64,000 nt of DNA. It comes from Squalus acanthias. Taxonomy: Eukaryota. The position numbers were made by a program, and so were the translations under genes. The notes under the pieces were generated by a model. It worked only from the letters and a program-made list of their open reading frames with translations, did no database searches and was not told where the DNA came from. Where the stretch lies: positions 129,830,001 to 129,894,000 of the forward strand of contig CM059432.1 in assembly GCA_030390025.1 (NCBI GenBank), read 5' to 3'. Numbering within the stretch: position 1 is the stretch's first letter; the number at the start of each line of letters is the position of its first letter. Positions 14,700-29,600 of this stretch are shown in pieces.

Positions 14700-17600
14700 A
14701 CTGGTTTCAGTGCTCGATGGTGTAGTGTTGGTATGGTACAGACTGGTTTCAGTGCTCTGATGGTGTAGTGTTGGTATGGTACAGACTGGTTTCAGTGCTC
14801 TGATGGTGTAGTGTTGGTATGGTACAGACTGGTTTCAGTGCTCTAATGGTGTAGTGTTGGTATGGTACAGACTGGTTTCAGTGCTCTGATGGTGTAGTGT
14901 TGGTATGGTACAGACTGGTTTCAGTGTCTCGATGGTGTAGTGTTGGTATGGTACAGACTGGTTTCAGTGCTCTGATGGTGTAGTGTTGGTATGGTACAGA
15001 CTGGTTTCAGTGTCTCGATGGTGTAGTGTTGGTATGGTACAGACTGGTTTCAGTGCTCGATGGTGTAGTGTTGGTATGGTACAGACTGGTTTCAGTGCTC
15101 TGATGGTGTAGTGTTGGTATGGTACAGACTGGTTTCAGTGCTCTGATGGTGTAGTGTTGGTATGGTACAGACTGGTTTCAGTGTCTCGATGGTGTAGTGT
15201 TGGTATGGTACAGACTGGTTTCAGTGCTCGATGGTGTAGTGTTGGTATGGTACAGACTGGTTTCAGTGTCTCGATGGTGTAGTGTTGGTATGGTACAGAC
15301 TGGTTTCAGTGCTCGATGGTGTAGTGTTGGTATGGTACAGACTGGTTTCAGTGTCTCGATGGTGTAGTGTTGGTATGGTACAGACTGGTTTCAGTGTCTC
15401 GATGGTGTAGTGTTGGTATGTACAGACTGGTTTCAGTGTCTCTGATGGTGTAGTGTTGGTATGGTACAGACTGGTTTCAGTGTCTGATGGTGTAGTGTTG
15501 GTATGGTACAGACTGGTTTTCAGTGTCTCGATGGTGTAGTGTTGGTATGGTACAGACTGGTTTCAGTGCTCTGATGGTGTAGTGTTGGTATGGTACAGAC
15601 TGGTTTCAGTGTCTCGATGGTGTAGTGTTGGTATGGTACAGACTGGTTTCAGTGTCTGATGGTGTAGTGTTGGTATGGTACAGACTGGTTTCAGTGTCTC
15701 GATGGTGTAGTGTTGGTATGGTACAGACTGGTTTCAGTGTCTGATGGTGTAGTGTTGGTATGGTACAGACTGGTTTCAGTGCTCTGATGGTGTAGTGTTG
15801 GTATGGTACAGACTGGTTTCAGTGTCTCGATGGTGTAGTGTTGGTATGGTACAGACTGGTTTCAGTGTCTGATGGTGTAGTGTTGGTATGGTACAGACTG
15901 GTTTCAGTGTCTCGATGGTGTAGTGTTGGTATGGTACAGACTGGTTTCAGTGTCTGATGGTGTAGTGTTGGTATGGTACAGACTGGTTTCAGTGCTCTGA
16001 TGGTGTAGTGTTGGTATGGTACAGACTGGTTTCAGTGCTCTGATGGTGTAGTGTTGGTATGGTACAGACTGGTTTCAGTGTCTCGATGGTGTAGTGTTGG
16101 TATGGTACAGACTGGTTTCAGTGTCTCGATGGTGTAGTGTTGGTATGGTACAGACTGGTTTCAGTGTCTCGATGGTGTAGTGTTGGTATGGTACAGACTG
16201 GTTTCAGTGTCTCGATGGTGTAGTGTTGGTATGGTACAGACTGGTTTCAGTGCTCTGATGGTGTAGTGTTGGTATGGTACAGACTGGTTTCAGTGTCTCG
16301 ATGGTGTAGTGTTGGTATGGTACAGACTGGTTTCAGTGTCTCGATGGTGTAGTGTTGGTATGGTACAGACTGGTTTCAGTGTCTCGATGGTGTAGTGTTG
16401 GTATGGTACAGACTGGTTTCAGTGTCTCGATGGTGTAGTGTTGGTATGGTACAGACTGGTTTCAGTGTCTCGATGGTGTAGTGTTGGTATGGTACAGACT
16501 GGTTTCAGTGTCTGATGGTGTAGTGTTGGTATGGTACAGACTGGTTTCAGTGTCTCGATGGTGTAGTGTTGGTATGGTACAGACTGGTTTCAGTGCTCTG
16601 ATGGTGTAGTGTTGGTATGGTACAGACTGGTTTCAGTGCTCTGATGGTGTAGTGTTGGTATGGTACAGACTGGTTTCAGTGTCTCGATGGTGTAGTGTTG
16701 GTATGGTACAGACTGGTTTCAGTGCTCTGATGGTGTAGTGTTGGTATGGTACAGACTGGTTTCAGTGTCTGATGGTGTAGTGTTGGTATGGTACAGACTG
16801 GTTTCAGTGTCTCGATGGTGTAGTGTTGGTATGGTACAGACTGGTTTCAGTGTCTCGATGGTGTAGTGTTGGTATGGTACAGACTGGTTTCAGTGCTCTG
16901 ATGGTGTAGTGTTGGTATGGTACAGACTGGTTTCAGTGCTCTGATGGTGTAGTGTTGGTATGGTACAGACTGGTTTCAGTGTCTCGATGGTGTAGTGTTG
17001 GTATGGTACAGACTGGTTTCAGTGTCTCGATGGTGTAGTGTTGGTATGGTACAGACTGGTTTCAGTGTCTCGATGGTGTAGTGTTGGTATGGTACAGACT
17101 GGTTTCAGTGCTCTGATGGTGTAGTGTTGGTATGGTACAGACTGGTTTCAGTGTCTCTGATGGTGTAGTGTTGGTATGGTACAGACTGGTTTCAGTGTCT
17201 CGATGGTGTAGTGTTGGTATGGTACAGACTGGTTTCAGTGTCTGATGGTGTAGTGTTGGTATGGTACAGACTGGTTTCAGTGTCTCGATGGTGTAGTGTT
17301 GGTATGGTACAGACTGGTTTCAGTGTCTCGATGGTGTAGTGTTGGTATGGTACAGACTGGTTTCAGTGCTCTGATGGTGTAGTGTTGGTATGGTACAGAC
17401 TGGTTTCAGTGTCTGATGGTGTAGTGTTGGTATGGTACAGACTGGTTTCAGTGTCTCGATGGTGTAGTGTTGGTATGGTACAGACTGGTTTCAGTGTCTG
17501 ATGGTGTAGTGTTGGTATGGTACAGACTGGTTTCAGTGTCTCGATGGTGTAGTGTTGGTATGGTACAGACTGGTTTCAGTGTCTCGATGGTGTAGTGTTG

Positions 17601-20600
17601 GTATGGTACAGACTGGTTTCAGTGTCTCGATGGTGTAGTGTTGGTATGGTACAGACTGGTTTCAGTGTCTCGATGGTGTAGTGTTGGTATGGTACAGACT
17701 GGTTTCAGTGTCTCGATGGTGTAGTGTTGGTATGGTACAGACTGGTTTCAGTGTCTCGATGTGTAGTGTTGGTATGGTACAGACTGGTTTCAGTGTCTCG
17801 ATGGTGTAGTGTTGGTATGGTACAGACTGGTTTCAGTGTCTGATGGTGTAGTGTTGGTATGGTACAGACTGTTTCAGTGCTCTGATGGTGTAGTGTTGGT
17901 ATGGTACAGACTGGTTTCAGTGTCTCGATGGTGTAGTGTTGGTATGGTACAGACTGGTTTCAGTGTCTCGATGGTGTAGTGTTGGTATGGTACAGACTGG
18001 TTTCAGTGTCTCGATGGTGTAGTGTTGGTATGGTACAGACTGGTTTCAGTGTCTCGATGGTGTAGTGTTGGTATGGTACAGACTGTTTCAGTGTCTCGAT
18101 GGTGTAGTGTTGGTATGGTACAGACTGGTTTCAGTGTCTCGATGGTGTAGTGTTGGTATGGTACAGACTGGTTTCAGTGTCTCGATGGTGTAGTGTTGGT
18201 ATGGTACAGACTGGTTTCAGTGTCTCGATGGTGTAGTGTTGGTATGGTACAGACTGGTTTCAGTGTCTCGATGGTGTAGTGTTGGTATGGTACAGACTGG
18301 TTTCAGTGTCTCGATGGTGTAGTGTTGGTATGGTACAGACTGGTTTCAGTGTCTCGATGGTGTAGTGTTGGTATGGTACAGACTGGTTTCAGTGCTCTGA
18401 TGGTGTAGTGTTGGTATGGTACAGACTGGTTTCAGTGTCTCGATGGTGTAGTGTTGGTATGGTACAGACTGGTTTCAGTGTCTCGATGGTGTAGTGTTGG
18501 TATGGTACAGACTGGTTTCAGTGCTCTGATGGTGTAGTGTTGGTATGGTACAGACTGGTTTCAGTGCTCTGATGGTGTAGTGTTGGTATGGTACAGACTG
18601 GTTTCAGTGTCTCGATGGTGTAGTGTTGGTATGGTACAGACTGGTTTCAGTGCTCTGATGGTGTAGTGTTGGTATGGTACAGACTGGTTTCAGTGTCTCG
18701 ATGGTGTAGTGTTGGTATGGTACAGACTGGTTTCAGTGTCTCGATGGTGTAGTGTTGTATGGTACAGACTGGTTTCAGTGTCTCGATGGTGTAGTGTTGG
18801 TATGGTACAGACTGGTTTCAGTGCTCTGATGGTGTAGTGTTGGTATGGTACAGACTGGTTTCAGTGTCTGATGGTGTAGTGTTGGTATGGTACAGACTGG
18901 TTTCAGTGCTCTGATGGTGTAGTGTTGGTATGGTACAGACTGGTTTCAGTGCTCTGATGGTGTAGTGTTGGTATGGTACAGACTGGTTTTCAGTGTCTCG
19001 ATGGTGTAGTGTTGGTATGGTACAGACTGGTTTCAGTGTCTCGATGGTGTAGTGTTGGTATGGTACAGACTGGTTTCAGTGTCTCGATGGTGTAGTGTTG
19101 GTATGGTACAGACTGGTTTCAGTGCTCTGATGGTGTAGTGTTGGTATGGTACAGACTGGTTTCAGTGCTCTGATGGTGTAGTGTTGGTATGGTACAGACT
19201 GGTTTCAGTGTCTCGATGGTGTAGTGTTGGTATGGTACAGACTGGTTTCAGTGTCTCGATGGTGTAGTGTTGGTATGGTACAGACTGGTTTCAGTGTCTG
19301 ATGGTGTAGTGTTGGTATGGTACAGACTGGTTTCACTGTCTCGATGGTGTAGTGTTGTTATGGTACAGACTGGTTTCAGTGCTCTGATGGTGTAGTGTTG
19401 GTATGGTACAGACTGGTTTCAGTGTCTCGATGGTGTAGTGTTGGTATGGTACAGACTGGTTTCAGTGTCTCGATGGTGTAGTGTTGGTATGGTACAGACT
19501 GGTTTCAGTGTCTCGATGGTGTAGTGTTGGTATGGTACAGACTGGTTTCAGTGTCTCGATGGTGTAGTGTTGGTATGGTACAGACTGGTTTCAGTGCTCT
19601 GATGGTGTAGTGTTGGTATGGTACAGACTGGTTTCAGTGTCTGATGGTGTAGTGTTGGTATGGTACAGACTGGTTTCAGTGCTCTGATGGTGTAGTGCTG
19701 GTATGGTACAGACTGGTTTCAGTGCTCTGATGGTGTAGTGTTGGTATGGTACAGACTGGTTTCAGTGTCTGATGGTGTAGTGTTGGTATGGTACAGACTG
19801 GTTTCAGTGTCTCGATGGTGTAGTGTTGGTATGGTACAGACTGGTTTCAGTGTCTCGATGGTGTAGTGTTGGTATGGTACAGACTGGTTTCAGTGTCTGA
19901 TGGTGTAGTGTTGGTATGGTACAGACTGGTTTCAGTGTCTCTGATGGTGTAGTGTTGGTATGGTACAGACTGGTTTCAGTGTCTCGATGGTGTAGTGTTG
20001 GTATGGTACAGACTGGTTTCAGTGTCTCGATGGTGTAGTGTTGGTATGGTACAGACTGGTTTCAGTGTCTCGATGGTGTAGTGTTGGTATGGTACAGACT
20101 GGTTTCAGTGTCTGATGGTGTAGTGTTGGTATGGTACAGACTGGTTTCAGTGCTCTGATGGTGTAGTGTTGGTATGGTACAGACTGGTTTCAGTGTCTGA
20201 TGGTGTAGTGTTGGTATGGTACAGACTGGTTTCAGTGTCTCGATGGTGTAGTGTTGGTATGGTACAGACTGGTTTCAGTGTCTCGATGGTGTAGTGTTGG
20301 TATGGTACAGACTGGTTTCAGTGTCTCGATGGTGTAGTGTTGGTATGGTACAGACTGGTTTCAGTGCTCTGATGGTGTAGTGTTGGTATGGTACAGACTG
20401 GTTTCAGTGTCTCGATGGTGTAGTGTTGGTATGGTACAGACTGGTTTCAGTGCTCTGATGGTGTAGTGTTGGTATGGTACAGACTGGTTTCAGTGTCTCG
20501 ATGGTGTAGTGTTGGTATGGTACAGACTGGTTTCAGTGTCTCGATGGTGTAGTGTTGGTATGGTACAGACTGGTTTCAGTGTCTCGATGGTGTAGTGTTG

Positions 20601-23600
20601 GTATGGTACAGACTGGTTTCAGTGTCTCGATGGTGTAGTGTTGGTATGGTACAGACTGGTTTCAGTGTCTCGATGGTGTAGTGTTGGTATGGTACAGACT
20701 GGTTTCAGTGTCTCGATGGTGTAGTGTTGGTATGGTACAGACTGGTTTCAGTGTCTCGATGGTGTAGTGTTGGTATGGTACAGACTGGTTTCAGTGTCTG
20801 ATGGTGTAGTGTTGGTATGGTACAGACTGGTTTCAGTGTCTCGATGGTGTAGTGTTGGTATGGTACAGACTGGTTTCAGTGTCTCGATGGTGTAGTGTTG
20901 GTATGGTACAGACTGGTTTCAGTGCTCTAATGGTGTAGTGTTGGTATGGTACAGACTGGTTCAGTGCTCTGATGGTGTAGTGTTGGTATGGTACAGACTG
21001 GTTTCAGTGTCTGATGGTGTAGTGTTGGTATGGTACAGACTGGTTTCAGTGTCTCGATGGTGTAGTGTTGGTATGGTACAGACTGGTTTCAGTGCTCTGA
21101 TGGTGTAGTGTTGGTATGGTACAGACTGGTTTCAGTGTCTCGATGGTGTAGTGTTGGTATGGTACAGACTGGTTTCAGTGTCTCGATGGTGTAGTGTTGG
21201 TATGGTACAGACTGGTTTCAGTGTCTGATGGTGTAGTGTTGGTATGGTACAGACTGGTTTCAGTGTCTCGATGGTGTAGTGTTGGTATGGTACAGACTGG
21301 TTTCAGTGTCTCGATGGTGTAGTGTTGGTATGGTACAGACTGGTTTCAGTGCTCTGATGGTGTAGTGTTGGTATGGTACAGACTGGTTTCAGTGTCTCGA
21401 TGGTGTAGTGTTGGTATGGTACAGACTGGTTTCAGTGTCTCGATGGTGTAGTGTTGGTATGGTACAGACTGGTTTCAGTGTCTGATGGTGTAGTGTTGGT
21501 ATGGTACAGACTGGTTTCAGTGTCTCGATGGTGTAGTGTTGGTATGGTACAGACTGGTTTCAGTGTCTCGATGGTGTAGTGTTGGTATGGTACAGACTGG
21601 TTTCAGTGTCTCGATGGTGTAGTGTTGGTATGGTACAGACTGGTTTCAGTGCTCTGATGGTGTAGTGTTGGTATGGTACAGACTGGTTTCAGTGTCTCGA
21701 TGGTGTAGTGTTGGTATGGTACAGACTGGTTTCAGTGTCTCGATGGTGTAGTGTTGGTATGGTACAGACTGGTTTCAGTGTCTCGATGGTGTAGTGTTGG
21801 TATGGTACAGACTGGTTTCAGTGCTCTGATGGTGTAGTGTTGGTATGGTACAGACTGGTTTCAGTGCTCTGATGGTGTAGTGTTGGTATGGTACAGACTG
21901 GTTTCAGTGTCTCGATGGTGTAGTGTTGGTATGGTACAGACTGGTTTCAGTCTCTGATGGTGTAGTGTTGGTATGGTACAGACTGGTTTCAGTGCTCTGA
22001 TGGTGTAGTGTTGGTATGGTACAGACTGGTTTCAGTGTCTGATGGTGTAGTGTTGGTATGGTACAGACTGGTTTCAGTGTCTCGATGGTGTAGTGTTGGT
22101 ATGGTACAGACTGGTTTCAGTGTCTCGATGGTGTAGTGTTGGTATGGTACAGACTGGTTTCAGTGTCTCGATGGTGTAGTGTTGGTATGGTACAGACTGG
22201 TTTCAGTGCTCTGATGGTGTAGTGTTGGTATGGTACAGACTGGTTTCAGTGCTCTGATGGTGTAGTGTTGGTATGGTACAGACTGGTTTCAGTGTCTCGA
22301 TGGTGTAGTGTTGGTATGGTACAGACTGTTTCAGTGTCTCGATGGTGTAGTGTTGGTATGGTACAGACTGGTTTCAGTGCTCGATGGTGTAGTGTTGGTA
22401 TGGTACAGACTGGTTTCAGTGTCTGATGGTGTAGTGTTGGTATGGTACAGACTGGTTTCAGTGTCTCGATGGTGTAGTGTTGGTATGGTACAGACTGGTT
22501 TCAGTGTCTCGATGGTGTAGTGTTGGTATGGTACAGACTGGTTTCAGTGTCTCGATGGTGTAGTGTTGGTATGGTACAGACTGGTTTCAGTGTCTCGATG
22601 GTGTAGTGTTGGTATGGTACAGACTGTTTCAGTGTCTGATGGTGTAGTGTTGGTATGGTACAGACTGGTTTCAGTGTCTCGATGGTGTAGTGTTGGTATG
22701 GTACAGACTGGTTTCAGTGCTCTGATGGTGTAGTGTTGGTATGGTACAGACTGGTTTCAGTGTCTCGATGGTGTAGTGTTGGTATGGTACAGACTGGTTT
22801 CAGTGTCTCGATGGTGTAGTGTTGGTATGGTACAGACTGGTTTCAGTGCTCTGATGGTGTAGTGTTGGTATGGTACAGACTGGTTTCAGTGCTCTGATGG
22901 TGTAGTGTTGGTATGGTACAGACTGGTTTCAGTGTCTCGATGGTGTAGTGTTGGTATGGTACAGACTGGTTTCAGTGTCTCGATGGTGTAGTGTTGGTAT
23001 GGTACAGACTGGTTTCAGTGTCTCGATGGTGTAGTGTTGGTATGGTACAGACTGGTTTCAGTGTCTGATGGTGTAGTGTTGGTATGGTACAGACTGGTTT
23101 CAGTGTCTGATGGTGTAGTGTTGGTATGGTACAGACTGGTTTCAGTGCTCTGATGGTGTAGTGTTGGTATGGTACAGACTGGTTTCAGTGTCTGATGGTG
23201 TAGTGTTGGTATGGTACAGACTGGTTTCAGTGTCTCGATGGTGTAGTGTTGGTATGGTACAGACTGGTTTCAGTGCTCTGATGGTGTAGTGTTGGTATGG
23301 TACAGACTGGTTTCAGTGTCTCGATGGTGTAGTGTTGGTATGGTACAGACTGGTTTCAGTGCTCTGATGGTGTAGTGTTGGTATGGTACAGACTGGTTTC
23401 AGTGTCTCGATGGTGTAGTGTTGGTATGGTACAGACTGGTTTCAGTGTCTCGATGGTGTAGTGTTGGTATGGTACAGACTGGTTTCAGTGTCTGATGGTG
23501 TAGTGTTGGTATGGTACAGACTGGTTTCAGTGTCTGATGGTGTAGTGTTGGTATGGTACAGACTGGTTTCAGTGTCTGATGGTGTAGTGTTGGTATGGTA

Positions 23601-26600
23601 CAGACTGGTTTCAGTGTCTCGATGGTGTAGTGTTGGTATGGTACAGACTGGTTTCAGTGTCTCGATGGTGTAGTGTTGGTATGGTACAGACTGGTTTCAG
23701 TGTCTCGATGGTGTAGTGTTGGTATGGTACAGACTGGTTTCAGTGCTCTGATGGTGTAGTGTTGGTATGGTACAGACTGGTTTCAGTGTCTCGATGGTGT
23801 AGTGTTGGTTATGGTACAGACTGGTTTCAGTGCTCTGATGGTGTAGTGTTGGTATGGTACAGACTGGTTTCAGTGTCTCGATGGTGTAGTGTTGGTATGG
23901 TACAGACTGGTTTCAGTGTCTCGATGGTGTAGTGTTGGTATGGTACAGACTGGTTTCAGTGCTCTGATGGTGTAGTGTTGGTATGGTACAGACTGGTTTC
24001 AGTGTCTCGATGGTGTAGTGTTGGTATGGTACAGACTGGTTTCAGTGTCTGATGGTGTAGTGTTGGTATGGTACAGACTGGTTTCAGTGCTCTGATGGTG
24101 TAGTGTTGGTATGGTACAGACTGGTTTCAGTGTCTCGATGGTGTAGTGTTGGTATGGTACAGACTGGTTTCAGTGCTCTGATGGTGTAGTGTTGGTATGG
24201 TACAGACTGGTTTCAGTGTCTCGATGGTGTAGTGTTGGTATGGTACAGACTGGTTTCAGTGCTCTGATGGTGTAGTGTTGGTATGGTACAGACTGGTTTC
24301 AGTGTCTGATGGTGTAGTGTTGGTATGGTACAGACTGGTTTCAGTGCTCTGATGGTGTAGTGTTGGTATGGTACAGACTGGTTTCAGTGCTCTGATGGTG
24401 TAGTGTTGGTATGGTACAGACTGGTTTCAGTGCTCTGATGGTGTAGTGTTGGTATGGTACAGACTGGTTTCAGTGTCTCGATGGTGTAGTGTTGGTATGG
24501 TACAGACTGGTTTCAGTGTCTCGATGGTGTAGTGTTGGTATGGTACAGACTGGTTTCAGTGCTCGATGGTGTAGTGTTGGTATGGTACAGACTGGTTTCA
24601 GTGTCTCGATGGTGTAGTGTTGGTATGGTACAGACTGGTTTCAGTGTCTCGATGGTGTAGTGTTGGTATGGTACAGACTGGTTTCAGTGTCTGATGGTGT
24701 AGTGTTGGTATGGTACAGACTGGTTTCAGTGTCTCGATGGTGTAGTGTTGGTATGGTACAGACTGGTTTCAGTGCTCTGATGGTGTAGTGTTGGTATGGT
24801 ACAGACTGGTTTCAGTGCTCTGATGGTGTAGTGTTGGTATGGTACAGACTGGTTTCAGTGTCTGATGGTGTAGTGTTGGTATGGTACAGACTGGTTTCAG
24901 TGTCTCGATGGTGTAGTGTTGGTATGGTACAGACTGGTTTCAGTGTCTGATGGTGTAGTGTTGGTATGGTACAGACTGGTTTCAGTGTCTCGATGGTGTA
25001 GTGTTGGTATGGTACAGACTGGTTTCAGTGCTCTGATGGTGTAGTGTTGGTATGGTACAGACTGGTTTCAGTGCTCTGATGGTGTAGTGTTGGTATGGTA
25101 CAGACTGGTTTCAGTGTCTCGATGGTGTAGTGTTGGTATGGTACAGACTGGTTTCAGTGTCTCGATGGTGTAGTGTTGGTATGGTACAGACTGGTTTCAG
25201 TGTCTGATGGTGTAGTGTTGGTATGGTACAGACTGGTTTCAGTGTCTCGATGGTGTAGTGTTGGTATGGTACAGACTGGTTTCAGTGTCTCGATGGTGTA
25301 GTGTTGGTATGGTACAGACTGGTTTCAGTGTCTCGATGGTGTAGTGTTGGTATGGTACAGACTGGTTTCAGTGTCTCGATGGTGTAGTGTTGGTATGGTA
25401 CAGACTGGTTTCAGTGTCTGATGGTGTAGTGTTGGTATGGTACAGACTGGTTTCAGTGTCTGATGGTGTAGTGTTGGTATGGTACAGACTGTTTTCAGTG
25501 TCTCGATGGTGTAGTGTTGGTATGGTACAGACTGGTTTCAGTGTCTCGATGGTGTAGTGTTGGTATGGTACAGACTGGTTTCAGTGCTCTGATGGTGTAG
25601 TGTTGGTATGGTACAGACTGGTTTCAGTGTCTCGATGGTGTAGTGTTGGTATGGTACAGACTGGTTTCAGTGTCTCGATGGTGTAGTGTTGGTATGGTAC
25701 AGACTGGTTTCAGTGCTCTGATGGTGTAGTGTTGGTATGGTACAGACTGGTTTCAGTGTCTCGATGGTGTAGTGTTGGTATGGTACAGACTGGTTTCAGT
25801 GTCTCGATGGTGTAGTGTTGGTATGGTACAGACTGGTTTCAGTGTCTGATGGTGTAGTGTTGGTATGGTACAGACTGGTTTCAGTGCTCGATGGTGTAGT
25901 GTTGGTATGGTACAGACTGGTTTCAGTGTCTGATGGTGTAGTGTTGGTATGGTACAGACTGGTTTCAGTGTCTCGATGGTGTAGTGTTGGTATGGTACAG
26001 ACTGGTTTCAGTGTCTGATGGTGTAGTGTTGGTATGGTACAGACTGGTTTCAGTGCTCTGATGGTGTAGTGTTGGTATGGTACAGACTGGTTTCAGTGCT
26101 CTGATGGTGTAGTGTTGGTATGGTACAGACTGGTTTCAGTGTCTCGATGGTGTAGTGTTGGTATGGTACAGACTGGTTTCAGTGCTCTGATGGTGTAGTG
26201 TTGGTATGGTACAGACTGGTTTCAGTGTCTGATGGTGTAGTGTTGGTATGGTACAGACTGGTTTCAGTGCTCTGATGGTGTAGTGTTGGTATGGTACAGA
26301 CTGGTTTCAGTCTCTCGATGGTGTAGTGTTGGTATGGTACAGACTGGTTTCAGTCTCCCGATGGTGTAGTGTTGGTATGGTACAGACTGGTTTCAGTGTC
26401 TGATGGTGTAGTGTTGGTATGGTACAGACTGGTTTCAGTGCTCTGATGGTGTAGTGTTGGTATGGTACAGACTGGTTTCAGTGTCTGATGGTGTAGTGTT
26501 GGTATGGTACAGACTGGTTTCAGTGTCTCGATGGTGTAGTGTTGGTATGGTACAGACTGGTTTCAGTGCTCTGATGGTGTAGTGTTGGTATGGTACAGAC

Positions 26601-29600
26601 TGGTTTCAGTGTCTCGATGGTGTAGTGTTGGTATGGTACAGACTGGTTTCAGTGCTCTGATGGTGTAGTGTTGGTATGGTACAGACTGGTTTCAGTGTCT
26701 CGATGGTGTAGTGTTGGTATGGTACAGACTGGTTTCAGTGTCTCGATGGTGTAGTGTTGGTATGGTACAGACTGGTTTCAGTGTCTCGATGGTGTAGTGT
26801 TGGTATGGTACAGACTGGTTTCAGTGTCTCGATGGTGTAGTGTTGGTATGGTACAGACTGGTTTCAGTGTCTGATGGTGTAGTGTTGGTATGGTACAGAC
26901 TGGTTTCAGTGTCTCGATGGTGTAGTGTTGGTATGGTACAGACTGGTTTCAGTGTCTCGATGGTGTAGTGTTGGTATGGTACAGACTGGTTTCAGTGTCT
27001 CGATGGTGTAGTGTTGGTATGGTACAGACTGGTTTCAGTGTCTCGATGGTGTAGTGTTGGTATGGTACAGACTGGTTTCAGTGTCTGATGGTGTAGTGTT
27101 GGTATGGTACAGACTGGTTTCAGTGTCTCGATGGTGTAGTGTTGGTATGGTACAGACTGGTTTCAGTGCTCTGATGGTGTAGTGTTGGTATGGTACAGAC
27201 TGGTTTCAGTGCTCTGATGGTGTAGTGTTGGTATGGTACAGACTGGTTTCAGTGCTCTGATGGTGTAGTGTTGGTATGGTACAGACTGGTTTCAGTGTCT
27301 CGATGGTGTAGTGTTGGTATGGTACAGACTGGTTTCAGTGCTCTGATGGTGTAGTGTTGGTATGGTACAGACTGGTTTCAGTGTCTGATGGTGTAGTGTT
27401 GGTATGGTACAGACTGGTTTCAGTGTCTCGATGGTGTAGTGTTGGTATGGTACAGACTGGTTTCAGTGCTCTGATGGTGTAGTGTTGGTATGGTACAGAC
27501 TGGTTTCAGTGTCTCGATGGTGTAGTGTTGGTATGGTACAGACTGGTTTCAGTGCTCTGATGGTGTAGTGTTGGTATGGTACAGACTGGTTTCAGTGTCT
27601 CGATGGTGTAGTGTTGGTATGGCTACAGACTGGTTTCAGTGCTCTGATGGTGTAGTGTTGGTATGGTACAGACTGGTTTCAGTGCTCTGATGGTGTAGTG
27701 TTGGTATGGTACAGACTGGTTTCAGTGTCTCGATGGTGTAGTGTTGGTATGGTACAGACTGGTTTCAGTGTCTCGATGGTGTAGTGTTGGTATGGTACAG
27801 ACTGGTTTCAGTGTCTGATGGTGTAGTGTTGGTATGGTACAGACTGGTTTCAGTGTCTCGATGGTGTAGTGTTGGTATGGTACAGACTGGTTTCAGTGTC
27901 TCGATGGTGTAGTGTTGGTATGGTACAGACTGGTTTCAGTGTCTCGATGGTGTAGTGTTGGTATGGTACAGACTGGTTTCAGTGTCTCGATGGTGTAGTG
28001 TTGGTATGGTACAGACTGGTTTCAGTGTCTCGATGGTGTAGTGTTGGTATGGTACAGACTGGTTTCAGTGCTCTGATGGTGTAGTGTTGGTATGGTACAG
28101 ACTGGTTTCAGTGTCTGATGGTGTAGTGTTGGTATGGTACAGACTGGTTTCAGTGCTCTATGGTGTAGTGTTGGTATGGTACAGACTGGTTTCAGTGCTC
28201 TGATGGTGTAGTGTTGGTATGGTACAGACTGGTTTCAGTGTCTCGATGGTGTAGTGTTGGTATGGTACAGACTGGTTTCAGTGTCTAGATGGTGTAGTGT
28301 TGGTATGGTACAGACTGGTTTCAGTGTCTCGATGGTGTAGTGTTGGTATGGTACAGACTGGTTTCAGTGTCTGATGGTGTAGTGTTGGTATGGTACAGAC
28401 TGTTTCAGTGTCTCGATGGTGTAGTGTTGGTATGGTACAGACTGGTTTCAGTGTCTCGATGGTGTAGTGTTGGTATGGTACAGACTGGTTTCAGTGTCTG
28501 ATGGTGTAGTGTTGGTATGGTACAGACTGGTTTCAGTGCTCTGATGGTGTAGTGTTGGTATGGTACAGACTGGTTTCAGTGCTCTGATGGTGTAGTGTTG
28601 GTATGGTACAGACTGGTTTCAGTGTCTCGATGGTGTAGTGTTGGTATGGTACAGACTGGTTTCAGTGCTCTGATGGTGTAGTGTTGGTATGGTACAGACT
28701 GGTTTCAGTGTCTGATGGTGTAGTGTTGGTATGGTACAGACTGGTTTCAGTGTCTCGATGGTGTAGTGTTGGTATGGTACAGACTGGTTTCAGTGTCTCG
28801 ATGGTGTAGTGTTGGTATGGTACAGACTGGTTTCAGTGTCTCGATGGTGTAGTGTTGGTATGGTACAGACTGGTTTCAGTGTCTGATGGTGTAGTGTTGG
28901 TATGGTACAGACTGGTTTCAGTGTCTCGATGGTGTAGTGTTGGTATGGTACAGACTGGTTTCAGTGTCTGATGGTGTAGTGTTGGTATGGTACAGACTGG
29001 TTTCAGTGCTCTGATGGTGTAGTGTTGGTATGGTACAGACTGGTTTCAGTGCTCTGATGGTGTAGTGTTGGTATGGTACAGACTGGTTTCAGTGTCTCGA
29101 TGGTGTAGTGTTGGTATGGTACAGACTGGTTTCAGTGTCTCGATGGTGTAGTGTTGGTATGGTACAGACTGTTTTCAGTGTCTCGATGGTGTAGTGTTGG
29201 TATGGTACAGACTGGTTTCAGTGTCTCGATGGTGTAGTGTTGGTATGGTACAGACTGGTTTCAGTGTCTCGATGGTGTAGTGTTGGTATGGTACAGACTG
29301 GTTTCAGTGTCTCTGATGGTGTAGTGTTGGTATGGTACAGACTGTTTTCAGTGTCTTGATGGTGTAGTGTTGGTATGGTACAGACTGGTTTCAGTGTCTC
29401 GATGGTGTAGTGTTGGTATGGTACAGACTGGTTTCAGTGTCTCGATGGTGTAGTGTTGGTATGGTACAGACTGGTTTCAGTGTCTCGATGGTGTAGTGTT
29501 GGTATGGTACAGACTGGTTTCAGTGTCTCGATGGTGTAGTGTTGGTATGGTACAGACTGGTTTCAGTGTCTCGATGGTGTAGTGTTGGTATGGTACAGAC

